Shown in pieces: positions 51,538-64,000 of a stretch of DNA of 64,000 nt (its first letter is position 1; every line of letters starts with the position of its first letter). The notes beneath the pieces were generated by a model. It worked only from the letters and a program-made list of their open reading frames with translations. It did not search any database and was not told the DNA's origin. Position numbers and translations under genes: made by a program. The stretch comes from Phyllobates terribilis (Eukaryota), in assembly GCF_046119375.1 (NCBI RefSeq), contig NW_027362770.1, positions 180,730,001 to 180,794,000 on the forward strand, read 5' to 3'.

Positions 51538-51693
51538 GTTTACTGAACACGTTCTGCCAGTGACAGCGCGCTGAAGAGATACTTCTTTACGCTTCCTGTT
51601 TTATAATGGGTCCTAAGGGAAAATATGCCACGGAGGAAGACAGAAAAGCAGCAGAAGCAGCAAGAAAACGACAACGTCAAGACATCACAACAT

Positions 51694-52380
51694 ACTGCCA
51701 CCAGACAAGCCCAGGATGCGGAATCTCACCAAAAACGCCGTGAACAGGAGACACCCCAACACACTGCCGCCAGACAAGCCCAGGATGCGGAAGCTCAACA
51801 AAAACGCCGGGAACAGGAGACACCACAACACACTGCTGCCAGACAAGCCCAGGATGCGGAAGCTCACCAAAAACGCCAGGAACAGGAGACACCACAACAC
51901 ACTGCCGGCAGACAAGCCCAGGATGCGGAAGCTCACAGAAAACTTCGGAAGCAGGAGACAACACCACACACTGCCGCCAGACAAGCGCAGAATGCGGAAG
52001 CTCACAGAAAACTTCGGGACCAGGAGACACCACAACACACTGCCGGCAGACCAGCCCAGGACGCGGAATATCACAGAAAATGTCGGGAACAGTAGACTTC
52101 ACAACACACTGTCGCCAGACAAGCCCAGGATGCCGAATGTCACCAAAAACGCCGGGAACAAGAGACACCACAACACACTGTCGCCAGACAAGCCCAGGAT
52201 GCGTAATCTCACAGACAACATCGGAAACAGGAGACATCACAACACACTGCCGCCAGACAAGCCCAGGATGCGGAATCTCACAGACAACGTCGGGAACGGG
52301 AAACACCGCAACACACTGCGGCTAGACAGGAACATGATGCGGAATCCCATAGACAATGTCGGCTGAATGAATCTCCAGAA
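51694..52380 (+). repeat. 69-bp coding VNTR (TAARQAQDAEAHQKRREQETPQH), about 10 copies
   Basis: In-frame repeats. Copy 1 has about 2. Confidence 0.9.
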
Positions 52381-55300
52381 TCCAGGACAAATCGAAAACA
52401 ACACGATCGACAAATTTATCAAAACGAATGCTCTACCAACTAAGGCAAACCCAGCAGAACATTCAACAACTTGCACGTTACGTAACAGACAATGAAACTA
52501 TAATTATTCAACACTACTGTGGGGAGATGAATGTAGTTTGTTCAAAATGCGACTCTCTAAATTTCATCAAGGAAAAACCATCTAACAATCAGTTTACTCA
52601 ATGCAGCCAAAAAGGAAAAGTGATGCTACCAAGATGTCACTACTCAAATCTTTGTGAGCAGTTGATGAAAGGAACGCATGAACACAGTAGAAATTTTATG
52701 GAAAATATCAGAAGTATCAACAGTTCTCATGCGTTTGCTTCATTTGGTGCCAGCATTGCACAGCCCCCTGGATTCGGACCGTATTGTTTTAAAATTCATG
52801 GCCAGATCTACCACCGCACTGGAACACTTCACCCAGAACTAGGACAACCACCAACATTTGCACAATTATACATCTTTGATCCAAATGAGGCTACAGAACA
52901 AAGGATGAACCGAAAATAAAATGAAAAGTGTAATGCAGAACTGATGAACCTAATTGCCGTACATTTACAAACAATCAGCCCATTTGCTGCCGCATATCGC
53001 ATGCTAAAAGACGTTGAAGCTGAGGAGGAACAGAGAGCTATACAAAATGGAACGGAAATGCCTTCTATTATCATGGCAATTAAACAAGAACATCAACAAG
53101 ATCCCCGATGTTACAACAAACCACGTGTAAGTGAGGTCGCAGTTGTTTTTCAAAACGATGATGGAGAGCCTCCTTTTCAAAGAGACATATTAGTCCATCT
53201 TAAGCCAGACAAAAACAACCCTTTCGTTCCTAAAACACAACGTATTAGCATTTTGCACAGCAACCTTGATGCTCTTCTGTATCCGCTATTCTTTCCAAGC
53301 GGTGATCAAGGGTGGCATGAAAACCTACACCAGCAAGGAACTTCAAGAAGAATTTCACAACTACAGTACTACAGTTTTCTTCTGTCTGTGGGAAATTACT
53401 TCAATCCTATTTTAAACGGTGGGTGGGAAACTGACACAATAGTACTTAGTCGACGCATACGTTAAAATTGAAGCGAATCGGCTCAATTTCATACGAATGA
53501 ACCAAAAACAACTTCAAGTTGAAGACTACTGCTTTCTTCAAGAACATTTGCAAAAACAATCCATTCAAAAAGGAATTCCAATTGGAAAAACAGTAATTCT
53601 CCCGACATCCTTTGAAGGTAGCCCCCGCAACATGCAACAGCGTTATCAAGATGCAATGGCAATAGTAACAAAGTATGGAAGACCTGACATTTTTTTAACA
53701 ATGACCTGTAATCCTAAATGGCCGGAAATTACCGAAAATCTACAACCCTGGCAGCAAGTTGAACACAGACCGGACTTAGTTGCATGCGTATTTCGACTAA
53801 AACTCAGCAGCCTTTTTAAAGACATGAAAAATGGGCTTTTTGGAACAGTCGTAGCAATGGTACACGTCATAGAGATTCAGAAATGAAGTCTCCCACATGC
53901 GCATATACTAATTATTTTAGACGCGGATTCCAAGTTTCGCACGGAGGACGAAATTGACAACATAGTGTGGGCTGAAATTCCTAACCAAGAAAAGTATCCT
54001 GAATTGTATAATATTGTAATCTGTAATATGGTTCATGGCCCATGCGGTGTAGCAAATCCAAAAAGTCCATGCATGGAAAACGGAAAGTGTACAAAAGGTT
54101 TTCCAAAGTAGTTGAAATAGCACACTGTTAAAGATTTGGACGGCTACCCATCCTACCAGAGACAACTGATTGATAACATTGTACACAACAAAAAGATTAT
54201 AAATAACTCATGGATAGTTCCATACAACCCGTACTTATTAAAACGCTACAACTGTCACATCAACGTTGAAATCTGCTGTTCAATAAAAAGTGTTAAATAT
54301 CTTTTCAAGTACATCTACAAGGGGCATGACAAAGCTAATGTCAAAATACAACAAAAAACAGTCAATCACGATGAATCATCACGGTTTGTTGACTCAAGAT
54401 ATGTCAGTGCTCCAGAAGCTGCTTGGAGAATATTTGCATTTCCAATGCATTCGCAGTCCCATGCCATTATATGTTTAGCTATTAATTTACCAAATCAACA
54501 GCAGCTTTATTTCTTTGAAAATGCTCAAGTCGAAGATGTCTCCAAAAATTTAAGCACAACGTCAACATTAACCCCTTAAGCCCCGCGGGTGGTTTGCATG
54601 TTAATGACCCGGCCAATTTTTACAATTCTGACCACTGTCACTTTATGAGGTAATTACTCTGGAACGCTTCAACGGATCCCCCTGATTCTGAGATTGTTTT
54701 TTCGTGACATATTGTACTTCATGATTGTGGAAAAATTTCTTCGATATCACTTGCGTTTATTTGTGAAAAAAATGGAAATTTGGCGAAAATGTTGAAAATT
54801 TTGCAATTTTCAAAATTTGAATTTTTAAGCCCTGAAATCAGAGCGATATGTCACACAAAAGAGTTAATAAATAACATTTCCCACATGTCTACTTTACATC
54901 AGCACAATTTTGGAACCAAAATTTTTTTTTGTTAGGGAGCTATAAGGGTTAAAATTGACCAGCGATTTCTCATTTTTCCAACAAAATTTACGAAACCATT
55001 TTTTTAGGGACCACATCACATTTGAAGTCACTTGGAGAGGTCTTTATGACAGAAAATACCCAAAAGTGACACCATTCTAAAAACTGCACCCCTCAAGGTG
55101 CTCAAAACCACATTCAAGAACTTTATTAACCCTTCAGGTGCTTCACAGGAATTTTTTGAATGTGGAAGAAAAAAATGAACATTTAACTTTTTTCACAAAA
55201 ATGTTACTTTAGACCCAATTTTTTTTATTTTCACAGGGGTAACAAGAAAAAATGGACACCAAAATTTGTTGTGCAATTTCCCCTGGGCACGCAGATACCC

Positions 55301-55399
55301 AATATTTGGGGAAAAAACACTGTTTGGGCGCACGGCAGGGCTCGGAAGGGAAGGAGCGCCATTTGACTTTTTGATTGTAAAATTTGCTTGAATAATTAG

Positions 55400-57400
55400 C
55401 GGACGCCATGTTGTGTTTGGAGAGCACCTGTGTGCCCAAACTTTGGAGCTCCCCCACAAGTGACCCCATTTTGGAAACTAGACCCCCAAAGGCACCTTTA
55501 TAGATGCATAGTGAGCACTTGGAACCCCCAGGTGCTTCACAAATTGATTCGTAAAAATGAAAAAGTGAAAAAAAAAACACTTTTTCATTTTTACGAATCA
55601 ATTTGTGAAGCACCTAGGGGTTCCAAGTGCTCACTATGCATCTAGATAGGTGCCTTGGGGGGTCTAGTTTCCAAAATGGGGTCACTTGTGGGGGAGCTCC
55701 AATGTTTGGGCACACAGGGACTCTCTAAATGCAACATGGTATCCGCTAACAAATTGAATGGATAATCGGCTCAAATTGTTAGCGGACACCACATTGCGTT
55801 TGGAGAGCCCCTCTGTGCCCAAACTTTGGAGCTCCCCCACAAGTGACCCCATTTTGGAAACTAGACCCCCCAAGGCACCTTTATAGATGCATAGTGAGCA
55901 CTTGGAACCCCCAGGTGCTTCACAAATTGATTCGTAAAAATGAAAAAGTGAAAAAAAAAACACTTTTTCATTTTTACGAATCAATTTGTGAAGCACCTAG
56001 GGGTTCCAAGTACTCACTATGCATCTAGATAGGTGCCTTGGGGGGTCTAGTTTCCAAAATGGGGTCACTTGTGGGGGAGCTCCAATGTTTGGGCACACAG
56101 GGACTCTCTAAATGCAACATGGTATCCGCTAACAAATTGAATGGAAAATCGGCTCAAATTGTTAGCGGACACCACATTGCGTTTGGAGAGCCCCTCTGTG
56201 CCCAAACTTTGGAGCTCCCCCACAATTGACCCCATTTTGGAAACTAGACCCCCCAAGGCACCTTTATAGATGCATAGTGAGCACTTGGAACCCCCAGGTG
56301 CTTCATAAATTGATTCGTAAAAATGAAAAAGTGAAAAAAAAACACTTTTTCATTTTTACGAATCAATTTGTGAAGCACCTGGGGGTTCCAAGTGCTCACT
56401 ATGCATCTAGAAAGGTGCCTTGGGAGGTCTAGTTTCCAAAATGGGGTCACTTGTGGGGGAGCTCCAAAGTTTGGGCACAGAGGTGCTCTCCAAACGCAAC
56501 GTGGTGTCCGCTAACAATTTGAGCCGATTTTCCATTCAATTTGTTAGCGGATATCATGTTGCATTTGGAGAGTCCCTGTGTGCCCAAACATTGGAGCTCC
56601 CCCACAAGTGACCCCATTTTGGAAACTAGACCCCCCAAGGCACCTATCTAGATGCATAGTGAGCACTTGGAACCCCAAGTGCTTCACAAATTGATTCATA
56701 AAAATTAAAAAATGTTTTTTTTTCACTTTTTCATTTTTATGAATCAATTTGTGAAGCACCTGGGGGTTCCAAGTGCTCACTATGCATCTAGATAGGTGCC
56801 TTGGGGGGTGTAGTTTCCAAAATGGGGTCAATTGTGGGGAAGCTCCAAAGTTTGGGCACACAGGGGCTTTCCAAACGCAACATGGTGTCCGCTAACAATT
56901 TGAGCCGACAATTTGTTAGCGGATATCATGTTGCATTTGGAGAGTCCCTGTCTGCCCAAACATTGGAGCGCCCCCACAAGTGACCCCATTTTGGAAACTA
57001 GACCCCCCAAGGCACCTATCTAGATTCATAGTGAGCACTTGGAACCCCAGGTGCTTTACAAATTGATTCATAAAAATGAAAAAGTGTTTTTTTTTTTCAC
57101 TTTTTCATTTTTACGAATCAATTTGTGAAGTACCTGGGGGTTCCAAGTGCTCACTATGCATCTAGATAGGTGCCTTGGGGGGTCTAGTTTCCAAAATGGG
57201 GTCACTTGTGGGGGAGCTCCAATGTTTGGGCACACAGGGGCTCTCCAAACGCAACATGGCGTCCGCTAACAATTTGAGCCGATTTTCCATTCAATTTGTT
57301 AGCGGACACCATGTCGCGTTTGGAGAGCCCGTGATGTGCCTAAACAGTGGAGCTCCCCCACAAGTGTCCCCATTTTGGAAACTATACCCCTCAAGGATTT
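55400..57400. repeat. About 383-bp tandem satellite made of inverted half-units, inside the TTAA element
   Basis: CCCCACAAGTGACCCCATTTTGGAAACTAGACCCCC alternates with its reverse complement. The period measured at 55801 and 56184 is 383 bp. Confidence 0.88.
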
Positions 57401-57492
57401 TATTAAGGTGTATAGTGAACATTTTGAACCCAGAGGTACGGCACAGAATTTGTTTACATTAGGTCATCATATTGAATAAGTTGTCATTATTC

Positions 57493-57782
57493 TTGAGCGC
57501 AAGTGCTCGCTACTTGAGTTTGCATCGGGTACTCAGGTATGCACCATGTACAGCGTGTGCTCGAGTGACATGCTCGAGTCCCTGCTCCGCATGTTTCACG
57601 GTTATTAGACACCCAAAAAAAAACATGCGGGGATCGCTCGTGCATGGCAGGCAATCCCCGTAAAGTTTTTTGGCCGCGAAGCATATGGGGCAGAGACTCG
57701 AGCATGTCACTCAAATACCCACGATACTCAATGCATACCAGAGCACCCGATGCAAACTCAAGTAGCGAGCACTTGCTCTCAA
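57493..57782. mobile_element. Small MITE with about 38-bp terminal inverted repeats
   Basis: TTGAGCGCAAGTGCTCGCTACTTGAGTTTGCATCGGGT ... ACCCGATGCAAACTCAAGTAGCGAGCACTTGCTCTCAA. Confidence 0.7.
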
Positions 57783-57829
57783 CACTAGTCGCCATATCGT
57801 CATCTTTTTTTCTTACTTTTGAAAAAAAT

Positions 57830-57985
57830 CCCAACCCCAGCCCTAACCCTAGCACAACCCTAGCCCTAGCACAACCCTAGCCCTAGCACAACCCTAGCCC
57901 CAGCACAACCCTAGCCCCAGCACAACCCTAGCCCCAGCACAGCCCTAGCCCCAAACCCAGCCCTAACCCTAGCCCAATCCTAACC
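57830..57985 (+). repeat. (CCCTAG/CCCTAA/CACAAC)n telomere-like simple repeat inside the TTAA element
   Basis: Visible tandem repeats. Confidence 0.75.
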
Positions 57986-60900
57986 CAAGAGTTTATTTTT
58001 GACGCTGTTCCTTGTGCGGTATAAGTGATTAGACGACTTTATTCTTCGGGTCGGTGTGATTACAGCAATGCCAGAATCATATGGGGTTTTTATGACTGAC
58101 AGCTGTCACACACTAAAAGACGCATTTTTTGTAAAATCTAGATTTTGAATCGCCATATTTTGAGAGCTATAATTTTTCCAGATTTTGGCAGACAGTCATG
58201 TGACGGCTCGTTTTTTGCGGGATGACTTGACGTTGTTATTGGTGCCATTTTCAGGCACGTGACATTTTTTGATCGCTTTCTATTCCGATTTTTGGGAGGC
58301 AGAATAAACAAAAACCAACAATTCAGGAATTGTTTTTTTTTTTTTTTTTTTTTTAATTCTGTTCCGCGTGTGGTAAAATTGATGAGGTATCTTTATTCTT
58401 CGGGTCAGTACGTTTACAGCGGTACCACATTTGTATCATTTTTCTATGTTTTGGCGCTTATACACAATAAAAGCTATTTTATAGAAAAAAATATTTTTTA
58501 GCATCGCTTTATTCTGAGATCTATAACTTTTTTATTTTTCGGCTGATGGAGCTGTGTGGCAGCTTGTTTTTTGCGGGACGAGATGACGTTTTCAGCGGTA
58601 TCATTTTAATTTATATGCGTCCTTTTGTTCGCGTGTTATTCCACTTTTTGTTTGGCGGTATGGTGATAAAGCATTGTTTTTTTTTTTTTTTTTACCGTCT
58701 TCACTGAAGGGGTTAACTAGTGGGACAGTTTTATAGGTCAGGTTGTTCCGGACGCGGCGATACCAAATATGTGTACTTTTATTGTTTTTTTTTTTTTTTT
58801 TTATAATAATATTTATTGATGGGTACATTATATTTTTATTTTTGGTGGATTATTTTTTTTATTTTTTTTTTATATTTTTGCAAACTTTTTTTTTATATTT
58901 TTTTTCCACTTTCACACAGTTTATACACTTTATTACTTTGTCCCACTCTGGGACTTTCACTTTTTTTTCTCTGATCGCCTGCATGGCACAGGAATGCAGC
59001 ACCATCCCTATGCCATGCAAGCTGTCAGAAATGCACAGTGTGAAGATTGCTTGGAGATGCACTGCGCATGTCCAAGCAATCTTCCTGCTGTCTGGTGACC
59101 CGGATGTTGTCATGACGACATCGGGTCGTCATGGCAACACCCGGGAAGCCTTTGCAGACTGCGCTGGAAGCCAGAAGAGGAGGTGAGTATCGGCGATCAC
59201 CTCCCCTTGCCCCCGCAATGCTGCGATCGATTTCGATCGACTTCGATCGCAGCATCGCGGGGGTTAATGTGCTGGGAGCGGTGCAGTACCGCTCCCTGCA
59301 CATAGTACCGGGTGTCAGCTGTGACAATCAGCTGACACCCGGCGGCGATCGCGCCCGCACAGCCTGTGTGCGCGCGCGATCGCCATGACGTACTAATACG
59401 GGTCTGGCTCTTAAGTCCCAGGGCACAGACGCGTATTAGTACGGCAAAAGTTGTTAAGGGGTTAATGGAATGGTTTTTGCTGAACCAACGTGACAAAAAC
59501 GCAAGGCAGTATTTGTATCGAGAGATTCCAGAGCATTACGTTTGGAATAAAACTTGGAAGCCAAGACAACGAGGACTTAACAGAATAATTGGACGCATGT
59601 ATACTGTTAGTGTCAAGGATCAAGAAAGATATTGCCTTCGGCTGATACTACTGCATATCAAAGGAGCTAGAAGTTACGAAGATTTGAAAGCAGTTAATGG
59701 AGTATTGCACGATACATTTAAAGCTGCAGCTTTGGCTTTAGGACTTCTATTGGATGATACTATGTGGACACTTACTTTAGAAGACGCAGTTACCCTACAT
59801 ATGCCTAAGAAACTTCGTGAATTGTTTGCCTACATTTGTGTCTTTGGACCGCCTACAAATCCGGCTCAACTTTGGACAAATTTCAAAGAACATATAATTG
59901 AAGATTACTGCTTATGTCTTCACAACAAAAGTGGAAATTGTCAAAATTGCGAATCTTATGTCATGCAAGATGTCCAAAATATCCTACTACTGCATGGAAA
60001 AACGTTTTCAGACTTTAATTTGCCACAGTCTGCAAGTCAAGTTGCACATATTCAAGAGTATGACGAAGCTTCTGAATTATTGTTGGCAACAGAGAAGAAA
60101 GTCCTTAAATCAAGAACAAATGATTGCATATGACACTATTGTGAGCGCTGTACAAAACCAAGCCGATCCACCGCCAAAATGTTTCTTTATTGACGGTCCT
60201 GGAGGCAGCGGTAAAACATACCTCTATGAAGTTTTAATGCATCACGTTAGAGGGTTAGGAAAAGTCGTATTGCCATCGGCTACAACAGGTATTGCAGCAA
60301 ACCTTTTAAGAGGAGGTCGCACTATGCATTCACTCTTTGGGATACCAGTTCCAGTCAATGAAATCTCCGTTTCCAGAATCAAACAAGACACATTTGCAGG
60401 AAAACAGTTGAACAGTGCAAATCTTTTGATACTTGATGAGTGCACCATGGCACCCAAATATGCTTTGAGCTTAATTGACAGACTTCTGCGTGAAGTTATG
60501 ACTACAAATATTGCTGAAAAAAATGAAATTCCTTTTGGAGGTAAAGTTTTTGTCCTTGGCGGAGATTTTAGGCAATGCCTTCCAGTTGTACCAAATGGAA
60601 CAAGAACAAATATTATCGAGTCAACCTTAAAAATGTCAGACCTTTGGAAAGAGTTTAATAAACTCCAACTAATTAACAACATGCGATCTTCTGACCCAGA
60701 GTACAGCAACTGGCTTCTTAAACTTGGTAATGGTGAACTGAGCAATGAATATAACCTTGGAGAAGACATTATTGAAATACCAGAAGACATGTTGCGCACT
60801 GACTGCATCGTAAGTGATGTTTTTGGACAACGCGTTGAAATAGATGTGAACTACCAAAGCAGTGTTGAGAGGGCCTCTTCCTATGCAATTCTCTGTCCCA

Positions 60901-62485
60901 AGAACGATGACGTAGCTTTGCTAAATTCCCGTGTGATGGATAGAATGCCTGGAGAGTATAAATTATACAAAAGTGATGATTCGGTGGATGTCGACAATGA
61001 AGATGAACGAGAGCATTATCCAGTTGAATTTTTAAATAGTGTTACGCCATCAGGAATGCCATCCCACAGACTACAACTTAAAGTTGGAGCAATCGTAATA
61101 TTGCTGCGGAATCTAAATACAAGAAATGTTCTATGTAATGGAACTCGCCTTATTGTTACTGGACTCCATTCTCACATAATTCAAGCAACAGTGATCACTG
61201 GATCTGCAAAAGGAGAGGAAGTGTTCATTCCACGCATTGATTTATGTCCTTCAGACACCGGTCTTCCATTTAGGCTTCGACGTCGACAGTTTCCAGTAAA
61301 ACCAGCATTTGCCATGACAATAAACAAGTCACAAGGTCAAACTTTACACCGTGTTGGCATATATTTACCAGAGCTCGTTTTTGGTCATGGACAACTCTAT
61401 GTTGCATTTTCAAGAGTTAAAATGAGATCCAATGTCAAGGTGCAAGTTTTGGATACCCATTTACAAGGAAAGTTGCTTAGAGATAGTCCAAAAGTATTCA
61501 CCAAAAATGTTGTGTACAAAAATATTTTAGGTTGATATTGTTAAGAAATATATTCTAGGGTCGTACTTCTTTTGTCCGATGATTTATTGTAAAATATTGT
61601 TACAGATTCATGGAATAGTTTATATATTTTGATCATCTGTTTAATAATTTTGTTCAGTTGTATTAAGTTCTATAACCAATAATAGTTAATAATAAAGTAT
61701 TATTCTGTGTATTCATTGTATTATTGTTAAATCTTCATAGCGGCATCTGCAGCATGTGCTACTAAAGTGAATGCAGATTTGTGCCTCTCCACGCACTTAG
61801 TCCCGGCGTGGAAAGCAGCGAATCTACAGACAGCAGCTAATCACAGCAGTATCTGAGAGCGCGTGCTGTGCCTCACATCCTGCGAGGAGCTGCTGAAAAC
61901 AGGACAGACAGCGCTGGAGCAGAGAAAGGAAACAAGGGGAGGATTAGGGTTTAGTTTTTGAACTGTGCAGTAGAGATGGGGGAATGAGTAGGTCATACAA
62001 AACCAGGATAAGGGGGCCATACAAGCTAAGATGAGGAAGCCGTACAATCCAAGATAAGTCAGCCATACAAACCAGGATTAGAGGAATGACGCAGCCATAC
62101 AAACCACATTGACAGACCGCGCTGTGGATGCTGGATGTGACACGATGAGGGATAACCCCGCCCACAGCCCGTCATTCACTGTGGTGCGCGGAACAGCAGA
62201 CCCCCGGCTGCAGACGCAAATAGTCGTGATGTAAACGGAAGCAAGATCCGGCAGCAGGCGGGAGAATTACGTGCTGGCTGTGCGTCGTCAGCGATGTTGT
62301 CACAAGCAGGATTGACAACATGACGTAATGACAAAATTCATTAGGGGCCCCGGGGGCATACATTGGGGGGTTAAGTTAAAGTAGTGCACAACCCATTTAA
62401 ACACTGCTTCGCTGCTTAGTTGCGCCCGGTCAGCCGCATGCATATTCTAGATTACCCGATGCATTAGAATCGGGCCACCATCTAG

Positions 62486-62587
62486 TTACATATATCAAAC
62501 TGAAATAGCTGTTGCAAAAACACCAATTTTTATAAAACATTAAGCTTAAGATTAATAGGGGTGCCCAAACTTTTTCATATAACTGTA
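62486..62587 (-). mobile_element. Tc1-like terminal inverted repeat fragment
   Basis: Minus strand reads TA|CAGTTATATGAAAAAGTTTGGGCACCCC. Confidence 0.55.
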
Positions 62588-63779
62588 TATGGGGCTTATA
62601 TATACCAAGATGGAGCCAGGATGATGGACATATATACCAGGATGGAGGACGTATACATAATCAGGGTGTGACAGCGCCCTCAGGAGGTCGTCCTTCATAT
62701 CCTTGATAGGTACAAGAACACACAAGTGGTTTCCTGTCCCTATCAGGGACAGACGCAGAAGAGGTGAACTTACAGTTTCCAGTCAAGCAGAAGCTCCTGA
62801 TGTCGGGCACAGGAGGATCGGGATGGGGTCCTCGCATCTCTCCCCTTCCTCCTGCCGTGGGTCCAGAGGCCGGCACCCCGCTAATCGAGGGGACCCTCAA
62901 CCTGTCCAGTTGAGCTATGGCTCCTGAGGTGAACCGCATCCCCCTTAGGGGGTTCTCGGTTCGCACTGCTCCGTCCCTGCGAGTCTCCTGTGCGCACTGA
63001 AGATTGAATGCAGGAGCACTTCCGGTTACAGAGGTGATGACGCACAGACCTCCAGTACCCGGCGTGCATTCCACTGCACTTTGGAAATTTAAAAAAAAGG
63101 GCACCAAATCCTAATTAAAGGGGAAACACCTTTTGACGATTCAGATAGAAGACAGGTGAGATAATACTATTTAAGGTGTTTTCAGAGGGGAGCTGAGGTT
63201 ACCAGTGCATCTAGACTGCCAGCTATGGAAGGACAAACCACTGCTAAAGAGAATGAATATTCACTCTTCTCCATGCCCATGGGAGTGGAGAAGACTGAAA
63301 ATGTATTCTAATAGCGGGCACACAGGATCGGGGAGCTGCAGCACGAAGCTGGGGGCTGCGATTGACAGTGTGCGCTATTAACGAGAATGAACATTCACTC
63401 TTCTCTCTTATGGGTGTGGAAAGGAGTGAATATTCATTTTATTTAGCTGCGGGCACACATGGTAGCTGCAGCTGCCGACTACTACCTGTGCCCACTGCTC
63501 CACCGCCGCAACCTGCCCCACCACCCTCCACAGCCGGGAGAACAGCTGAGCCGTGACGAGATGCGGGACTGAGACCTCAAATATCAGAAGGAGTTATTCA
63601 AAAAGTAATTGCGCAGGAAAGAAAGCTTGTTGCATACAAACCGTGTATTCCAGAGTGCATAATTAAAAGAAGGATATAAAGGAGTACAACTGATGTTAAT
63701 AAGGTTAGCAGAGTTACAATGTGAGGTGGGTGGTAAATGCTCCACACTGGAGCTGAAGACACTGAAGATTACATGAAGG

Positions 63780-64000
63780 CGAGAGAGATTTACTGTGGGG
63801 GTGTATATAATCTGGAGGGGGAAAGATTTACTGTGGGGGTGTATATGCTCTTGGGGGGACAGATTTACTGTGGGGGTGTAAATACTCTTGAGAGGGAGAG
63901 ATTTACTGTGGGAGTGTATATACTCTGGGTGGGATAGATTTACTGTGGGCGTGTATATTCTCTGGGGAGGAGAGATTTACTGTGGGAGTGTATATACTCT
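63780..64000 (+). repeat. About 38-bp minisatellite (AGATTTACTGTGGGGGTGTATATACTCT...GAG), running off the right edge
   Basis: About 6 visible copies. Confidence 0.85.

Larger units (their letters stand above)
54572..59461. mobile_element. Non-autonomous TTAA-target (piggyBac-like) element inserted in Rep
   Basis: TTAA TSD at 54568-71 and 59462-65 with CCCCTTAA termini. Copy 1 has a single TTAA at the matching site (ACATTAATGGAATGG). No transposase ORF. Confidence 0.9.
51606..61535 (+). pseudogene. Helitron RepHel, copy 2 (stops, frameshifts and a 4.9-kb insertion)
   Basis: ATG at 51606 (MGPKGKYATEEDRKAAEAARKR), a 23-aa repeat region, a CxxC...C.QKGKV motif, the Rep motifs, and an uninterrupted helicase ORF to 61535. 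Confidence 0.93.
48895..62485 (+). mobile_element. RepHel-encoding Helitron, copy 2 (5'-truncated at the LTR, decayed)
   Basis: It begins with sequence homologous to about 1178 onward of the element at 911. It contains RepHel and ends with a hairpin plus CCACCATCTAG|T at 62485. Confidence 0.93.

Noticed and set aside
57830-57985. Interstitial telomere
   Set aside because: The repeats are mostly CCCTAG/CACAAC variants internal to a TTAA transposon, not (CCCTAA)n tracts.
62667-63030. TGTGACA...GTTACA segment resembling a short solo LTR
   Set aside because: There is no matching TSD (CAGGG versus GAGGT) and no second copy in the window.

Overview
Repeat-rich vertebrate DNA, most likely anuran (inferred from Xenopus-type H2B variants and frog-type repeat families). 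The core at about 17.5-33.4 kb is a partly duplicated replication-dependent histone cluster: H2B(-)/H2A(+), a second H2B(-) whose H2A partner has been deleted, and H3.2(-). The units are separated by three arrays of a 40-bp satellite, each followed by the same ~400-bp promoter-like cassette. The duplicated unit also carries CR1 LINE fragments, a 33-bp minisatellite amplified from the CR1 reverse-transcriptase PQG motif, and a decayed hammerhead ribozyme. The cluster is flanked by two inversely oriented, decayed RepHel-encoding Helitrons (6.7-13.8 kb minus; 48.9-62.5 kb plus). These share one frameshift at the Rep/helicase junction, and each is interrupted by a TTAA (piggyBac-like) element. There are also six non-autonomous Helitron pieces. 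34.4-48.9 kb is a decayed tRNA-Ser-primed Gypsy element with a young chromodomain Gypsy (Tf1/sushi type, self-priming signature, PEG10-like frameshift) nested inside it. A solo LTR with a 5-bp TSD and a TRIM/B30.2 exon remnant lie near the left end. Most ORFs in the supplied track are artefacts of tandem repeats. All alignments and counts were done by eye and should be recomputed.
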